A stretch of DNA of 64,000 nt from the human T2T-CHM13v2.0 reference genome, Homo sapiens. The notes under the pieces were generated by a model that did no database searches, had not been told where the DNA came from, and was given only the letters and a program-made list of their open reading frames with translations. Position 1 is the stretch's first letter, and every line of letters starts with the position of its first letter. The stretch is taken from NCBI RefSeq assembly GCF_009914755.1, contig NC_060932.1; one strand, 5' to 3'. A program made the translations under genes and the position numbers. Of this stretch, positions 30,255 to 44,700 are shown one piece after another.

Positions 30255-31365
30255 CTATAGCAGATGTTGCTGATTCCCAACCTAATATCTACCACTCCCC
30301 CCCACCTCCATTTCCTTCTTCCTGGCATGCCCCATTTTATTCATGTAGCCACCCTGATATTTTTCAGGAGAGGCTGGCTGCAGTCCTAATCCCAGGGAAA
30401 GAATAAATATGTGACCAGTGCAGTCACTCAGGGCCTCATGCACAGAAGGGCCCAGTGCTTGGGTTTATTAATCTGTGGTCACTGACTTGAAACTCTTAAT
30501 AATTTTATCCTTGCATCTGAGTTTGTAAGTGAAGTAGGACGGGACAATGGCGCATGCACCCAGGGCTTGTTAGTCTAGGCTCACACACGGTCCCGATCCC
30601 TCAAGGACAGGTTCTCAGCCACCAGGTTAGGGGATGGGCATTACTCTGTAGAATCTCACTGCAAAGTGAGAAGATGGCCATTCTATCCCCAAACTGATGG
30701 TGCCAAGGTGTGTTATAAGGGCAAACCAGTGGTAGCCTCTTGCCCATCCATCATCTAGGTGCCTCTGTGCATCCTGGCACACAGGCAGCAATCCCTTGGG
30801 TTGTCCTCCACTGTGGGTTGAGATGGTGGGCCCATGACAAAGGAAGATTAACTTCCCCACCCCTACCTTGGGCCCTGAGTTTTCATTTTGCACTGGGCCC
30901 TGGGAATTATGCAGCCAGCCCCGGCAGATCTTGATAAGTCTGAATCAATCATGTGCTCTCACCCTCATTAATGACTGCTTCACAACTCAGCATGTGATGT
31001 AATTCTGGCCAACAGTATATGAAGGAATGCAGAGAAACTTCTACAAGAATTTTCTTACTCTTAAAAGAGACACACGAAAGAGATGCCCCCTTTCCTGTAC
31101 CTGTAAATTAATTTTGGATATTATGCCTAGCATTGTTACTGCCATCTCGCAGCCATGATGGGATCAAGCCTGAGTATAAAACCTATACAGGGAAAAAGGC
31201 CAGACTAGAATAAAATATTACAAAAAGGAGGATCCACGGTTTTTATCACAACACAATCACAACTGTCTTACCTCTGGGTTCTTTGTTAGGTGAGTTGGTA
31301 AGTTTCTTATTGTTTAAAACAGTTAAGGTAGAGTTTTCTGTCAATTGCAACTGAAAGCATCTTCA
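30255..31365 (+). mobile_element. Old LTR remnant (LTR16/MLT-like), interrupted by MER45
   Basis: catgtgatgtaattctggccaa...gccatctcgcagccatga...ttttctgtcaattgcaactgaaagcatc is an ERVL/MaLR-type LTR ending. Confidence 0.55.
30405..30923 (+). mobile_element. MER45-family hAT-Tip100 DNA transposon (long variant)
   Basis: gtgaccagtgcagtcactcagggcc...cagaagggccc...ttgaaactcttaataatttt, ending tttcattttgcactgggccc...aattatgcagccagccc. Confidence 0.75.
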
Positions 31366-32699
31366 TTACACATGACGGCGCACTTTTAATACGAGTAATA
31401 TCTCATAGAGCCTATTATCAACTTCGGAAAAGAATGCCCATTCCTTTAAGATGTCTTGAATCCCCCTTCCTCCAAGTAGATTTCATGTTTTACATAGCCC
31501 ATATTTTAAATCAAATCATTTAAAAACCCTCCCTTCCAAAATTTGTTAGGATATTTTCAGTTGTTTCCTTGATACAGGTAGAGAGAAACAATTTTGTTCA
31601 TATCGATTGAGAAGTACTATCATGACAGATTTAACAAGGAATATTAGAAAGAAAATGAAGTTTTTAATGGGCCTACTTTCTCTTTCTTCCTACCCTAACC
31701 TTCCAAAATTAAGTAGATCATCATTAGCTGAAAATAATGTAAGTGAAGAGTAAGAACGAACATAAAAATACACCAAGAGTAGAAATGTTGCCTCACTCTA
31801 TTTGGCAAGAGAATGATGTAAATAGTTATCATGAAGAGGTAGCGATGTTCTTATAAGAGCATTCTGTTATCAAAACCTATGCCCCTCAAATGGGCTGGAA
31901 CCTCCTCTCCACATGGCAAAATAGCAATCATAGAAAGCATACTAGCAGATGCATCCCTGTTTACTACCTACCCCCCTACATCAGGGTCCTTATTACAGGA
32001 AAGAGTCCCACGCCATCAACAGAGTTCCTTATTTCCCATGGGTAGCTTCTCTGCTACAGGGAGCCAGCTGTTTAATATGCTGACTGGGCCTCTCTTGAGA
32101 GCTACCTAGTTCTGCAAAGGAAACTATCTATTCTCAGATAATAATAATGAGAAGACTGGATAGTAACACTTATAATTTCATAACTTTGTGTCATGTAAAG
32201 CATCCAAGAGCAGGTAAAGAACACAAATTTCATCTGATTTTGGGAAAATCATAATCTCTTGCAAAAAACAAAACCAGTTAAAGCACAAGATTATAACATT
32301 TTTAGAGATAACTTTCAGTAGTGAGAAAATTAATTAAACATTCTTGAGAAGCCATGGAGCTGAAGTCAGTGCACTGACTAACAGAGCAGCTGTCAGTGCA
32401 AAGTGGGTTCCTGTCCTAATCCTGCTCTGACCTCAGAGTCGAGCCTGAGAACCTGTCAGAAAGGTGCTCTCACAGTGGAAGACATCAAGCAGCAGCTGCT
32501 TGAGCTCAGCAGGCTGCAGCCGTTTTCTCTCTTTTTTAAAAAATACAATGCCACTCCAGTTGCGTATTCCATGACACAAGGGCGTGTACAGTTCTCACTG
32601 TTGCTGCAGAGGACAGAGAGTTTTTAACTTCATTAGTACATGGCTGTCAAAGGCAGAGGGTTCTACCAGAAACTCTCCAGAATTTGGAGCTGGATGTAT

Positions 32700-33665
32700 T
32701 AAGATAATACGATATTGGTTCAAAGACATGGTACAGAATAGAGATACCAGAAACAGCCATTTATAGGCCTTTATTTTTGGAAAAAGGTAGCACTGCAAAA
32801 CAGTACAAGAAGGACAGTCTTTTTCATAAATTGTTCTAGGCTAACTGGATAATCATATGAAAAAAATGAAATTTGACTTCTACCTCATCCCATATACTAA
32901 AATCAATTCCAGGTGGATTTTAGAGTTGAATATAAATGGTTAAACAATAAAACTTCTAAAATATATATTAAGACCATATTCTACACTTTGGGATACGTAA
33001 AGCCTTCTTAAACTGAACACAAAAAGTATTATATAAAGGAAAAGATGGATATATTGAATTACTACTTTTGTTCATCAAGCTTCCACAAAAGAGTGAAAAG
33101 GCAAGCCATAGAGTGGGAAAAAATGTAAGTAACCAAGAAAGGGTTGCTACCCAGATATATAAAGAAATGCTACAAGTGAATCTTTTTCTTTAAAGAAAAT
33201 CCTACAGAAAAATGGGCAATTAAATTTTTCTGTGTGTATGCATATACACTAAAAAGGGATTTTAAAATAGACAATAAACATGAAAAGTTCTCAACCTCAA
33301 GAAAATACAAATTAAAACTGCAATAAAATAATGCCCTACCAGAATGGCTATATTTTTTTAAACACTGACAGTAACAACTGTGTGAAGTAATTGGAACTTG
33401 CATTCATTCCTGGGTAGGAATATAACTACTATATCCCTGAAGCCAGGCACACTACATGCTCCTGTATTCTCAGCTATTTGGGAGGCTGAGGCAGGAGTAT
33501 CCCTTGAGCCCAGGAGTTAGACTCCAACCTAGGCAATAGTGAGACCTCACCTCTAAAAAAAAATTAAAAATTAAAACATAAAAATTAAACCATAAAAAAT
33601 ATAGCCTCTTTGGAAAATGGTTTGGCATTATCTTCTAAACATACGCATATCCTATGACCAGCAAT
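32700..33665 (+). mobile_element. Old L1M ORF2-end/3'UTR fragment
   Basis: tacctcatcccatatactaaaatcaattccaggtggatt...agagtgaaaaggcaagcca...ctttggaaaatggtttggca. Confidence 0.75.
33442..33585 (+). mobile_element. FLAM-like Alu monomer
   Basis: gccaggcac...ggaggctgaggcaggag...gagacctcacctct followed by A tail. Confidence 0.8.
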
Positions 33666-33719
33666 TTTACATATATAGATATATCTATATATGCACACAT
33701 ACACACTCATGGAAACTCT

Positions 33720-35090
<1,371 letters not shown>

Positions 35091-35822
35091 AAATCTACAA
35101 TTCTAATCAAATTTCAAAACAAAGGTTTTGGTTGAATGAAACATTTGTTCTATGTGTAAAGTTGACATTCTATGAGTAAGAATGGCAATTTTTTAGTACT
35201 TCTTAGTTATCACTGGACAGTACTAAAAATGTTTCCGAAAACTAAGAATAGCTAACATTTATTGAGTGCTACTAAACCCTTTAGCTTCCGATTTTCCAAA
35301 GGCAAGCAACATAGGACCAAAACTGTTGGAATGGGACCCAAGAGTTCTAGGCTTTGGGTCAAAGTTCTCTGGACCTTAGTTTCCTCATCTAAAAAATGAA
35401 AGGCTGGACTGAATTTTTTTTTATTTTTTTAAATTTTCTTGATGCCTGATTGCCTTTGAAACAACTTTTTGTTGGCTTTTGCTGTTATGAATAGCTAGCC
35501 TCTTAAATCCAGGTGTATTACATTTTGTTGCTGCTCATCTTATCTTACAATTGCAGAGTTGTTCCTAAGACAAGTTAATACTATATGAAATAAATACTCC
35601 TTTTTGAGTATGTATTTAAAATATTTTATATCAAAATTATACGTGGCATTATAAAATGTTTCATCTGGTAGAATGCTAACTTTGAATAGATTTTATTTCT
35701 TATACTTTATTATAATTATAAAACAAGCTATACTGTTACTATTTTGCCTTTTACTCAAGAAAGCACAAATAAATATTTAGTAATTTAAAGATACCAAAGA
35801 CTACAAAATATAATTTAAATAC

Positions 35823-36177
35823 TTTTTTTAACTATTATTTTAGGTTCAGGGGTACACATGAAGGTTTGTTACATAGGTAAACATATGTCACCAAGGTTTG
35901 TTGTACGTATTATTTCATCACCCAGGTATTAAGCCCAGGACCCAATGGTTATTTTTCTGCTCCTCTCCCTCCTCCCACCCTCCACCCTCAGGTAGACCCC
36001 AGTGTCTGTTGTTTCCTTCTTTGTGTTAATAAATTCTTATCATTTATAGCTTCCACTTATAGGTGAGAACATGCAGTATTTGGTTTTCTGTTCCTGTGTT
36101 AGTTTGCTAAGAATAATGGCCTCCAGTTCCATTCATGTTACCACAAAAGACAATCTCATTCTTTTTTTGGCTGCATG
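35823..36177 (-). mobile_element. Older L1PA/L1PB 3' end
   Basis: ttttaggttcaggggtacacatg...gtttgttacataggtaaa...gagaacatgcagtatttggttttctg. Confidence 0.9.
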
Positions 36178-36770
36178 AATATTTCTTAATTCCTTTTCTG
36201 CACCTACACTGGGTGACTATATATTAATGAGATTAATTAACACATGAACAGTTCTCTCAGCACTGTCCATTAACGAATTTAGTAACGCCTACAAGGCCTT
36301 TCCTGGTACCTTCCTAGTCCAGCTTTCTAGAGTCATCTCCCGCTGCTGCTCCTGCCGCATGAATTCTGAGCTCAGGAGTCACCTAAGTCACTTGAAGTTC
36401 TTGAACAGTCTATGCTTGTTTTGTTTGTTCTCCCCTTGCCCCTGTGCCTTCGTATAAGCTATTCATTCATTCTCTTTGCCTAGAAGGCCCTCGTCTCCCT
36501 GCCACATTCTGTTTTTTCTTAGACTAAAAGTCCCATTCTTAAGAATCTTCCATAATATCTTGGGGTAGAACACAGCACTTTCTTTCCCCATGGCCCAAAG
36601 TCTGGTCTGCTATTTTAAAAAAAAGGTCAGACCTTTATGACATCATGTAGCATGCTGCCACATTTTTTGGCATACTTTTGTTTTTGTCTATCTACTCTAC
36701 TAATAGCAAGACTCTGGAGGGCAGGAATTATAATCTGGTCATCTCTGTATGTTTAATATATAAGACCAGA

Positions 36771-37090
36771 GCCATGTGTGGTGGCTAATGCCTGTCATCC
36801 CAGCACTTTGGGAGACCAAGAAGGGGGTGGTTCACTGGAGGCCATAAGTTCCAGACCAGCTTGAGCAACACAGTGAGACCTTGTCTCTACAAAAAAAAAA
36901 AAAAAAAAAACTTAGTGAGGCATGGTGGTAAGTGCCTGTAGTCCCAGAAACTCTGAAGGCTGAGGGCAAGGGGATCACTTGAGCCAAGAAGGTCAAGGAT
37001 ATAGTGAGCCATGATTGTGCCACACTGCATTACAGCCTGGGAGACAAAGTAAGCCCATCTCAAAAACAATAGCAACAACAAACAAACAAA
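36771..37090 (+). mobile_element. Alu (AluJ-like)
   Basis: Dimer with expanded middle A-run. Confidence 0.92.
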
Positions 37091-37339
37091 TTAAACAACA
37101 TATGAGACAGTACCCAGTATACACTAGAAAAATCCACAAATCTTTGCTGAACAAGTGCATTTTTAACTCTGCTGATCATGTGGTTGAAGAAGACACAAAT
37201 GTCTTAAACAGTCATCTTTTAGAGCTGTATAGATTCACATATTACAGTGTGGATATTACATTCTATTAAAATGAAGCTAGGCTAATGATTTAGTCCACAT
37301 GTAACATATTTACTATTCTAAAGTGGTATACTAAAACTT

Positions 37340-37666
37340 TAACAGCTTTATTGAGATATAATTCACATATCATAAAATCTACCCAAAGTGTATAATTCAG
37401 TGACTTTGAATATATTCTCAGAGCTGTACAGCTTTTACCATAACCTAATTTTAGAACATTTTCATCACCCCAAAAAAGAAACCCTGTACTCATTAGCAAT
37501 CTCTCCCCCTCCCCTATTCTAGACTCTGGGGATGACTAATCTACTTTCTGTCTCTGTGGATTTGTCTATTCTGAACATTTCATATAAATGGAATCATACA
37601 ATATATGATCTTTTGTGAATGGCTTCTTTCATTTGGCATAATGTTTTCAGGGTTCATCCATGTTGT
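37340..37666 (-). mobile_element. L1MB-type 3' end
   Basis: aacagctttattgagatataattcacat...catataaatggaatcatacaatat. Confidence 0.85.
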
Positions 37667-37763
37667 ATTACAACTTCTTTATCTTTTACGATGTTTTCCA
37701 AAGTCAGAGTTGGAAGAAAAACAGGTTATCATCACTTGTGAAAATCTCCTCCAAACAGCATAC

Positions 37764-37820
37764 CACGAAATGGGACTCCTGAGTGAAGGAGAAAATGTTG
37801 AGATTCAGAAGAACTCAAGG
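37764..37820 (-). other. Candidate 57-nt exon
   Basis: Minus: attatttttaaaatag|CCTTGAG...TTTCGTG|gtatgc. Multiple of 3, open in phase 1; weak pyrimidine tract. Confidence 0.22.
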
Positions 37821-38040
37821 CTATTTTAAAAATAATTTTTATTGCTAATTTTATTTGGTACACTAACAATTTTTTAAAAGGCATTTATTAAGAAAGAGAG
37901 TCACTAATTGATTTTGTTGAGTTTTTCTTTAATGTAAAAAGGGCTGTCCTGAGCCTTTGCTGATAGGCATATATCAACACAAAGTGATTTAGCGATTTAG
38001 TGAATGACCACTGCCCTAATATTCTGTTCTGTTAACACAG

Positions 38041-38111
38041 CTAAAATACTAACAAATGTGATGTGTGCTCAACACAACAAACACTGGATTCTGCTGGTAT
38101 GAAGTGTCAGG
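38041..38111 (+). other. Candidate 71-nt plus-strand exon
   Basis: ccctaatattctgttctgttaacacag|CTAAAAT...GTCAGG|gtgagt; branch-point-like CTAAT and consensus donor. Confidence 0.25.
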
Positions 38112-41100
38112 GTGAGTTTTTCTTATGTCTTGTGAGAAATGTTTCACATTTAACCCCCAAGTATATAAAAATTAGTTTGGATTTACTCAATTCACTTAAA
38201 TTAAGCAAATTATATAACTGAGTTTAGTAAGAATTTACTGTGAGTCTTGTACCAACACTGCCTTAAAGATAGACATGGGGTTACAATCTAGTTTTGGAGA
38301 CTATATGAGTTAAAGAAACAATGCAAGATTATCTATAAATTAGTGGTATAGACAACCACAACATACACTATATATATTCAACTAGAGCTACATAACAGAT
38401 TTTAAAGTGAAATCCTTCCCTCTTTCACAGTGTGAACTTGTAAAGCACTAGACTGTACAGGAATTACGTTATTTTAACTGCAGTAAAGATTACTGAACTA
38501 ATGACATTCTATTGCTAACCGACTTTAATAATAGCAGTAAATCAGCTCCAAAATACTGTTATTAATATTCTTATGACACAGAAATAGTGCTGTATTAAGT
38601 AATGTTCAAAGAACAGGTCTCACAAGCTGAGAGCTAGAGATCTTTATTATAAAAAAGCTATAAAATATGAAAAAAAAATTCAAATTGTTATTCCCAGGGA
38701 GGTATTCTACCTATTTTTAATAGTTATAGGAAAATTGGCTTTTCTAACTGAAAAGACTGTAATGAAGCTTTTTCTAAGAACTACAAGATTCTATGTTATA
38801 TATCTGTTGTATACACATAGTTTTTAAAAGTTAGATTTCATTCTGAAAGATTGAACGGTACAACTTTAAATGAAAGGGAGACAAGGAGATTGCTAATACA
38901 AAATGGTTTCCCTTATCTGAAATATAATTTTACATAGAAAAACTTTGCAGCAAATAGAAATGTAAGCACATTTACAATATGGGTTTTGGGTATGAAAGAA
39001 AGGTTACCACAGAAATTTTAGTCCTAAAAAACTGAGTTATCAACCATCCAAATAGCAAATCTATTTATTTTAGCTAATAAGACAAGTAGAAAATATTAGA
39101 TTATAATCCTAGGCTTTTAAGAGCTGTATACTTCATAAAACCAGTATATATATTTAAAAAACACTTATAACTATGCTTTATTTCAGAGGCTCATAATCTT
39201 ATAAGCCAATATTAATTTTATCAAGAAAGCAACAATAAACTATGTACTTTCTCTTCTTGAAAAAGCACAGAGGCTAAACATTGATTTAAACGTCTCAACA
39301 CTGCCAAATCTCCCACGGATTATTCCCAAACCTCAAATCCTGACAACATCCTGTTTTACAGGGGTGACTGCTTTCCACATGGTGCAGTCTCAGAGAGACC
39401 ACAGGGCTTTCCTTGGGGTTTAGGCTGGCCTTTCCTTGAACAGAGCAAAGCACTGTGGAGTGAATCACTACAGAAATCCTGCCATGACAGGTACTCTTGC
39501 TTCCTTTTTAAAGAGACAAATAGGAAAGCTAGATGGGAAAATGCCTGGCTGCTTTGTCCCTTGTCTGCACAGCCCCTCACTTTCCCACAACAGGTAGGCA
39601 CAAGCATAGAATGCTGCTGCAGGCTGTAGACCTTGCCAAGAAGCTAAAACCCACTGGTTTCTACAGTTGTCCCAGGCAGACCCATTTTCTACTAATCCTG
39701 GCTCTGTGCCAGAGCCTAATTAAGTCACTGAGAATGCTGGATGGTTAACCCTCTCTGCACCCATCTACAATTATTTGCAAAGCACTTCGATATGCTTTCA
39801 CTTTTCCCAAAGATATGTGTACCAGACTGTCTCAATGTATAGCAGTGTGAATGTGGGTGGGTGCATGCAGGTACCCCACAGGCTAGTACTTAATACCAGT
39901 GTATGTACTTACTGTAAAGAAAGAGAAGCTCAACTGTGAAGGCTAGCATTCAGGAAACCTTCCAAAATATATGTGTGGCTTAGTTTTATTAGTTAGGATT
40001 TAAAGAAAAGTGCAGAAGAATTCTACATTTTAATTATGCTTAATCTTAGGGAAATAATTTTCCATTAAAAGAAAAAGAAAACAAGTATTTAGATCACAAT
40101 GTCTGTTGTGAATCCTTTTTACCACAGGAACAAAACATTATAGAGCTTTTGAAATTCCCAGAGCCGCTGCTGTTCATTAAAAAAAGAAAGCACCCTTTTA
40201 AGATTTAGGTGCTTTATCTTTTACAAAATGAAAAGATCAAACATAAAACCTTATTTGTAAGCAAGGCAATAGTGTCTCTGGGTTTCTTGCTAAGATCAAC
40301 AGCAATGAGGATGAATGAGGGGAAGCAGTGACAATGGTCAAAATGGGTGAAAGGAAGCTCTCTGTTGAGGCCGGCCTTCCCTGATTTCAATCTTTAGACC
40401 CAAGGCCCATAACTCTGTTTAACTACTATATCCTGAATAAAAAGTTAATTCTACTCTAATGAGAGGCAAGTGAAGCTGAACGATGAGAGGAACACTGAGT
40501 AACCTAATTGAGCCCATATAATCTGATATCAGAGATCTCTACTTGAAGATAATTCAAGAATATCTAAATTGGAATTCAGGAGAAACGCAGGAAATTGATT
40601 AGTCAGGCTAATTATTTTCCCTTTTTGACAATAGGATATCCCAGTATACACAATACATAATTAAGTAATCTTTTCTCTTTCTCTATTCTTTAACAAGAGA
40701 CCTGCTACAGATGTTCAGCTTCCAACTTCCTGTTAATATTGATGCAATTTTCTATGGACCAAAATGATAGGAATCATTTTTCAGCTACCCAAATGCCAAA
40801 TTCATTTTATCCCAATAACTTTTCTCCATTCTTCTCATGCTTCAATTACTTGCACTTACAACTCCTATTACTTTATAGGAAAATAACACCAAAATTGAAA
40901 GGTTTTCTTAAAATTATCATGGATACACAGGAATATTTCTATTTAGTGAAGACAGAGTATTTCACACCTATGCACCACCACAATATGGCCAAAACAAAAG
41001 AGTGGCTTAATTAATTGCTGGCCAAGAGCCACGTTCTTTCCCAATCAGGGCTTCTGCAAGATGGCATATGGTTTGCTATTTCTTACAAATATGAAAAGCC

Positions 41101-43864
41101 TTTTGAAGTGATTACACTTAGTATCTGTCAAAATAATTCTGTATGTGAAACACCAGCACTGAAAAATGAAAGAAGGTATTATTTATGCAAGACGATTTCA
41201 CTTTAAGTTTGAAAATAATTTTCATTTCTAAGGATTAAAATACTGACCAGCATGCCATTTGAGTAAATATTATTTTTATTCCACATACTGTTCCATGTAG
41301 AAGATGTCAAGTTTACTTGGGAACATTAATGTTAAATATTATTTTTTAAGTGGAACGAATATTTCTTCATTATTGGCCCACATTTTCTAAGGTAGAACAT
41401 ATTTAATACTTAATTTTTTATCTTATTTTGTGTATTAAATTCAATCACTGTGCCATCTTTTCAAAACTGCGCTTGTAGTGAGGATGGTTAAAAAAAAAAG
41501 GAGAAGGGTAACCTGAGTTCCCAGAGGGTAGTAGTTTTATATTATTCGTCGTTGTATTTCCAGTACCGAGGATACAAGAGGTGATCCTGAATGGCCATGC
41601 TTTGAATAACCACCAGAAGCTACAGGAGCCCAGTGCAACCACCCAAGCTTACTCTGAGAAGCACAAGGCAAGGGGGTATGAGCTAAGTAAGCCCTGCTTA
41701 CAGGACTCTGGTTCAAAGGGCAGAATAATCCAGGCCAGTGGGCATCCTGAGTGCTTTCTCATCAAGGTCCCAGTGGGATTTGTAACCATCCACTTAGAAA
41801 GATAACGCCTCCAAACATTCAAGAGACAGAAAGTATCAAAAAATTAGAAAAATCTTTAGGTTACAAGGTCTTAAAACTTTTCGTCTATGTCCTACAACAG
41901 TTTCACTCCTGATATACTTCATAATACCACTAGTGACAGCAGGAATTAGAAAAAGTAATCCAATAGATTTTTATTTTAAAATTGTACCCTAATACCTAGC
42001 ACAGAATCTACTAAGTTTTCAATAAATATTGTGAAATAATGAATTGCGGCAGTGAATGAAAATATGAAAGTAGGGTGCTCAAATGGTAAAGGGATTTTCA
42101 CGGTTAGTTGGAACGCAATTCTAAACATGTTTTCTTTTACTAGTATAAAAGTGATTCTTCTCCACAGGACATTTAGAATGTGATGTACTGGGACTAATTT
42201 ATTCAAATGTTTGCTCCTTAGATCACTGAAAGAAACTAGGAAGGATAGGCCTTATTAACATAATTGATAGCCATAAGCCTCAATTCACTCTGATGTACTT
42301 GCCATGCCTGGGGAACACAGACCTCTTGGAAACACTGTCCTGCATTGGAAGAGCATGGCAATGAAACACAATGGATAAAACCCGCAGGCAAGCAAGGAAA
42401 ATTACGTTATGAGGGGTAGCCCTTTCAAAATGACTTAGTATGATGATGTGATTGTACAGGATAGAAATACAAAATTATCTTTACCTTACACTACTTAAAA
42501 TCTAAAACTGAATCAAGATTATTCATGCTGGAGTCAAGGAAAAGCACCGTATTCTCAAAGAAAAACATATGCAAACATCTGTGGCAGAGGCTATTTTAAA
42601 GTATCCATCTTGTTGATCTTTTAGTCTTCTTAGCCTACTATGTATTTTCAGTTAAAAATCATTAAAGTCCACCATATATGAACCCAGACACAGGACAAAA
42701 ACAACAACAACAAAAAACCACGTATTTTTTTCCATGGGGGCGGTAACCAGATGTCAATAGCTGCAGCTGTGACTATATAATTACCTGTTTGCATTAACAT
42801 AGACCACAGTTTAGATTTAATAGGTTAGATGACAATGCAGCAAAATGCATTTAGCCTATGATTACCCCCTTTCCAAACATTCTCTCATTCGCAACTTCGA
42901 CCCTGGGAACATAGCAGGCACAGACTTAGGTCAATAAGAAACACTGGCCAGTACAATAGGCCTTGCCTCAAACAGCACTGTTGACAGACACCAGCACAAA
43001 GGAAATGAATAGAGTCCCCCTCAGTTCTCACACAGAGCGAAGAATGACTCAGTGTACTGCTGCTTTGGTGCTCTGTTTGTACAGTGTATACAGCTTTTGT
43101 CCTCAGCCACTGTTCACAGCTCAGTGGGGGCTAAAGAGCCTAGGAAGTGAAGGCGGAAGAATGCTCCACACTCGTCCCTGTGGCCAGCAGTTGTATCCAT
43201 ATGCACATGACAGGTCAAGTGAGAACTGAAAGTCACTAGATGAAACTCTCCTACCAAGCTTACAGGAGTGAAGTAATTTCTGAGTTAAAATATAAAAAAG
43301 GTAAAATAGAAAAGTCACCATTAGTTTGATATTTATAGAGTTATTGACTGAATTATTGTTCTTTTGTTTTTCTCTTTTCTGTCATATTTCTCTTATGGCC
43401 ACTTATACAACCTTTTTCAGAGGTTGGGCACAAAGAGAAATCAGGATTGGCTTAAAGTAGGGAACTTAAGTAATGTAGGCCATTACTCAACAGAGATTGC
43501 TGAAGTAGGGCCAGAAAGCAGGTGAGGCAATATCCAGGTCTGGAGTCTGAAGCATCAGCAAGGGTGGGCAGTGGCTTTGCTTGTTGTGTGTATATTAATA
43601 TCATATTGTCCCAAGCACATACACATCTCTCTTTAGGCCCACTTCCCAAAGTAGTGGGGTATAACAATAAAGAGCCCAAGCCAGGGATAAAATAAAATTC
43701 TAACACAATTCAGCGGAGACTATAAACAGACAGATACTTCCACTGGCTTAAAATGGTTTGCTTGATACTGGCCAAAAAACCTAGTTAGAGCAAAGTACAA
43801 GCTCAATTGCTAAATGAAATGTCATTTCCCTAAGCCAGAAACATCTTGGCAGAATCACATCTGT

Positions 43865-44135
43865 ATTTAAGCATATGTGTTTTGGAATTAGACTATGTTC
43901 AAATTCTGGTTCCACCAATTACTAGCTGTATGATCTTACATAACCCCTCCAGTGTCTTGATTTTTCTCATCTGCAAAAATGAAATGCTCGCCCATTTCTT
44001 TATTTAAAAAAAAAATAACTGAGATAATAATACTAGCACTTACTTCATTGGAGGCTGTGAAGGTAAAATAAGTGAATACATGGGAGGTGCCTAGAAGACC
44101 TGGCACCATGTGAGCATTCAATAAATGTTACCTAT
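43865..44135 (+). mobile_element. MIR
   Basis: gttcaaattctggttccaccaattactagctgtatgatctt...ctcatctgcaaaaatg...cattcaataaatgtta. Confidence 0.85.
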
Positions 44136-44504
44136 GAGTGTTAGCCCCAACACTCACACTATGACCACTGCCATGATTCTACTACTATTAATAACATCAG
44201 AACCATCACCAGCCCTACAGCGAAGGAAGTGCCATATTCATGACTACAAGAACATTCTTGCCAGATGATCAAGATCACTGTTCTTGAGTCTATGAAGATA
44301 TCCTATTTACCCAGAGGCTGTTTTTAGTGGTCTCTAGTAAGTAGAAGAATTCAAGCTTTATGGATGCTGTATATGTGACATAGCCATATATAATACACAC
44401 ACATGTATTAATATTAACATTTTTAAAAGGTAAGTAATTTGAAATTTCCCTCAAGTTTAAATCAATCTACAGCCTAATAATTATTCTTAGGGAGAAAAGA
44501 CAAT

Positions 44505-44700
44505 AACAAACATTAATTAACTGCTCACTATTTTAGGGGCCAGATATTCTTCTAAGTGATTTCTCTAAAGTACTATTATTTTTACAGGAAGGAAATTGAA
44601 TGATAGTGTTAAGTAACTCACTTAAGATGACACTGTTAAATAAGCAAACCCAGGCAATTTGACTTCAGATCTTGTCATAAATATAACACTATACTGTCTC
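44505..44700 (-). mobile_element. MIR
   Basis: attatttttacaggaaggaaattga...gttaagtaactcacttaag...aacccaggcaatttgact. Confidence 0.65.

Noticed and set aside
32364-32405. TCAGTGCAC resembles the miR-148/152 seed
   Set aside because: Remainder does not match the mature miRNAs; hairpin too short for a pre-miRNA.
42911-42930. AGCAGGCACAGAC resembles miR-214-3p
   Set aside because: Only 13 nt match, the rest differs, and I see no precursor hairpin.
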